NCBI GenBank assembly: GCA_028534125.1
Contig: JAPYYK010000409.1
Coordinates: 1-64,000, forward strand
Origin: Lama glama
Taxonomy: Eukaryota
Length of the DNA stretch: 64,000 nt
Direction of reading: 5' to 3'
Part shown: in pieces, positions 63,097 to 64,000 of the stretch
Position numbering within the stretch: the first letter of the stretch is position 1
How the letters are laid out: every line of letters starts with the position of its first letter
Notes under the pieces: model-generated
Databases searched by the model: none
Told to the model about the DNA's origin: nothing
The model's input: only the letters and a program-made list of their open reading frames with translations
Translations under genes and position numbers: made by a program

Positions 63097-64000
63097 ATTC
63101 TGCTTCCATTCTCTTGGGAGTGTCTCTAGCTTTCTGGCAAAGGGCCCGACAGGGTGGATGGAAGTGTGGGCCCAGAACACAGGCTGCTGGATCTCCAGGC
63201 CAGCCCCCTCCGACTGCCCGGCCCCCGTGGCTCCTGCTTCCCAACACCTTTGCCCCACCTACCCAGCCAGCCACTACTGACTCCGGGAGGCTCCATCTGC
63301 CTTTGCCTCCTCTCTGCTTCCCTGGGTTCAGGCAGTACGGGGCAAGAGGTGTATTCCCCCTCAGGACAGGGCCTGCTGCTAGTGAACTTGTCCCAGGCCA
63401 CACCAGGAACAGGTGTTGCCTGAGGGGAAGGCCAGGCTACAGGAGGTATAAAGTGCTGGGTGGGAGAACCAGATAAGCAGGACTTAAATCACAGTGGGCC
63501 CTGGCCATCCTCCTGGCATCTTAAATGTGTCACTATCCCCTGGATAGGGCACTGTCATAAGGCTCCCTGCCCTGGGGGTAAGGCTGTGGGTCTGAAGGTT
63601 CCTCAGTGGACAGATGGACATATTCAGGGCACTGCCCATTGGTCACAGAGTTTGTCCCATTCCCACTTGAGCTCCAGGTGTCCTTGCCTGTCCTGCACTA
63701 CGTCCCTGGGTGAGCCTTGCCCTGGTTCCCTCTTGCCATCATCACACTAGGGCATCACACTAGCCCCTGTTTCTCTGTTCATCACTTCCCACATCCCTGC
63801 GCAAGTGTCTCCCACTATAAAAAAGAAACCAAATCACCCGTGCCCCATCCCAAGCCCTCCTAAACTTTCCTGCCTTATGCACACAACTCTGATGTTCCAC
63901 TTGCAGCCACGCAACCCCCCACCCCACCCCGGCAACCTCAACCGCCATCTGGAGAGAAGGGCCTCAAAGTCAGCCAAGGCTAACATATTCAGGCCTCTCA

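Larger units (their letters stand above)
39998..64000 (+). repeat. Right arm of giant inverted repeat (continues past window end)
   Basis: Mirror of 11264-35266; the first arm-to-arm mismatch moving inward is 35267/39997. Confidence 0.97.

Noticed and set aside
11264-64000. Simple fold-back read chimera as the explanation of the palindrome
   Set aside because: A 4.7-kb unique spacer and a gradually diverged inner boundary are not expected from a fold-back; artefact is disfavoured but not excluded without reads.

Overview
GC-rich mammalian genomic DNA from the filamin A (FLNA) locus (Xq28-orthologous). Two tRNA-derived SINEs resemble the camelid Vic-1 family, so the host is probably a camelid. 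The dominant structure is a giant inverted duplication: position x mirrors 75264-x with no indel over at least 24.0 kb (left arm <=11264-35266; right arm 39998->=64000, running off the window). Each arm carries an apparently complete, intact FLNA coding region (exons 2-48 plus polyA signal), and the two copies are head-to-head. The unique 4.7-kb spacer (35267-39997) holds the only copy of the FLNA CpG promoter and non-coding exon 1, which points at the right-hand copy, plus two CArG boxes and an oriented CTCF-like site. EMD (emerin), normally the divergent neighbour of FLNA between the eutherian inverted repeats, is not recognisable. Homology decays gradually across the inner arm boundary, which suggests a real, old palindrome homogenised by gene conversion rather than a fold-back artefact; read-level confirmation is still needed. 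The left 11 kb contains old repeats (ERV-L/MaLR gag, MIR, L1, MLT1, MER58-like) and an orphan CpG island. The N runs are mirror-symmetric and preserve exon lengths, so they look like masks, not gaps.
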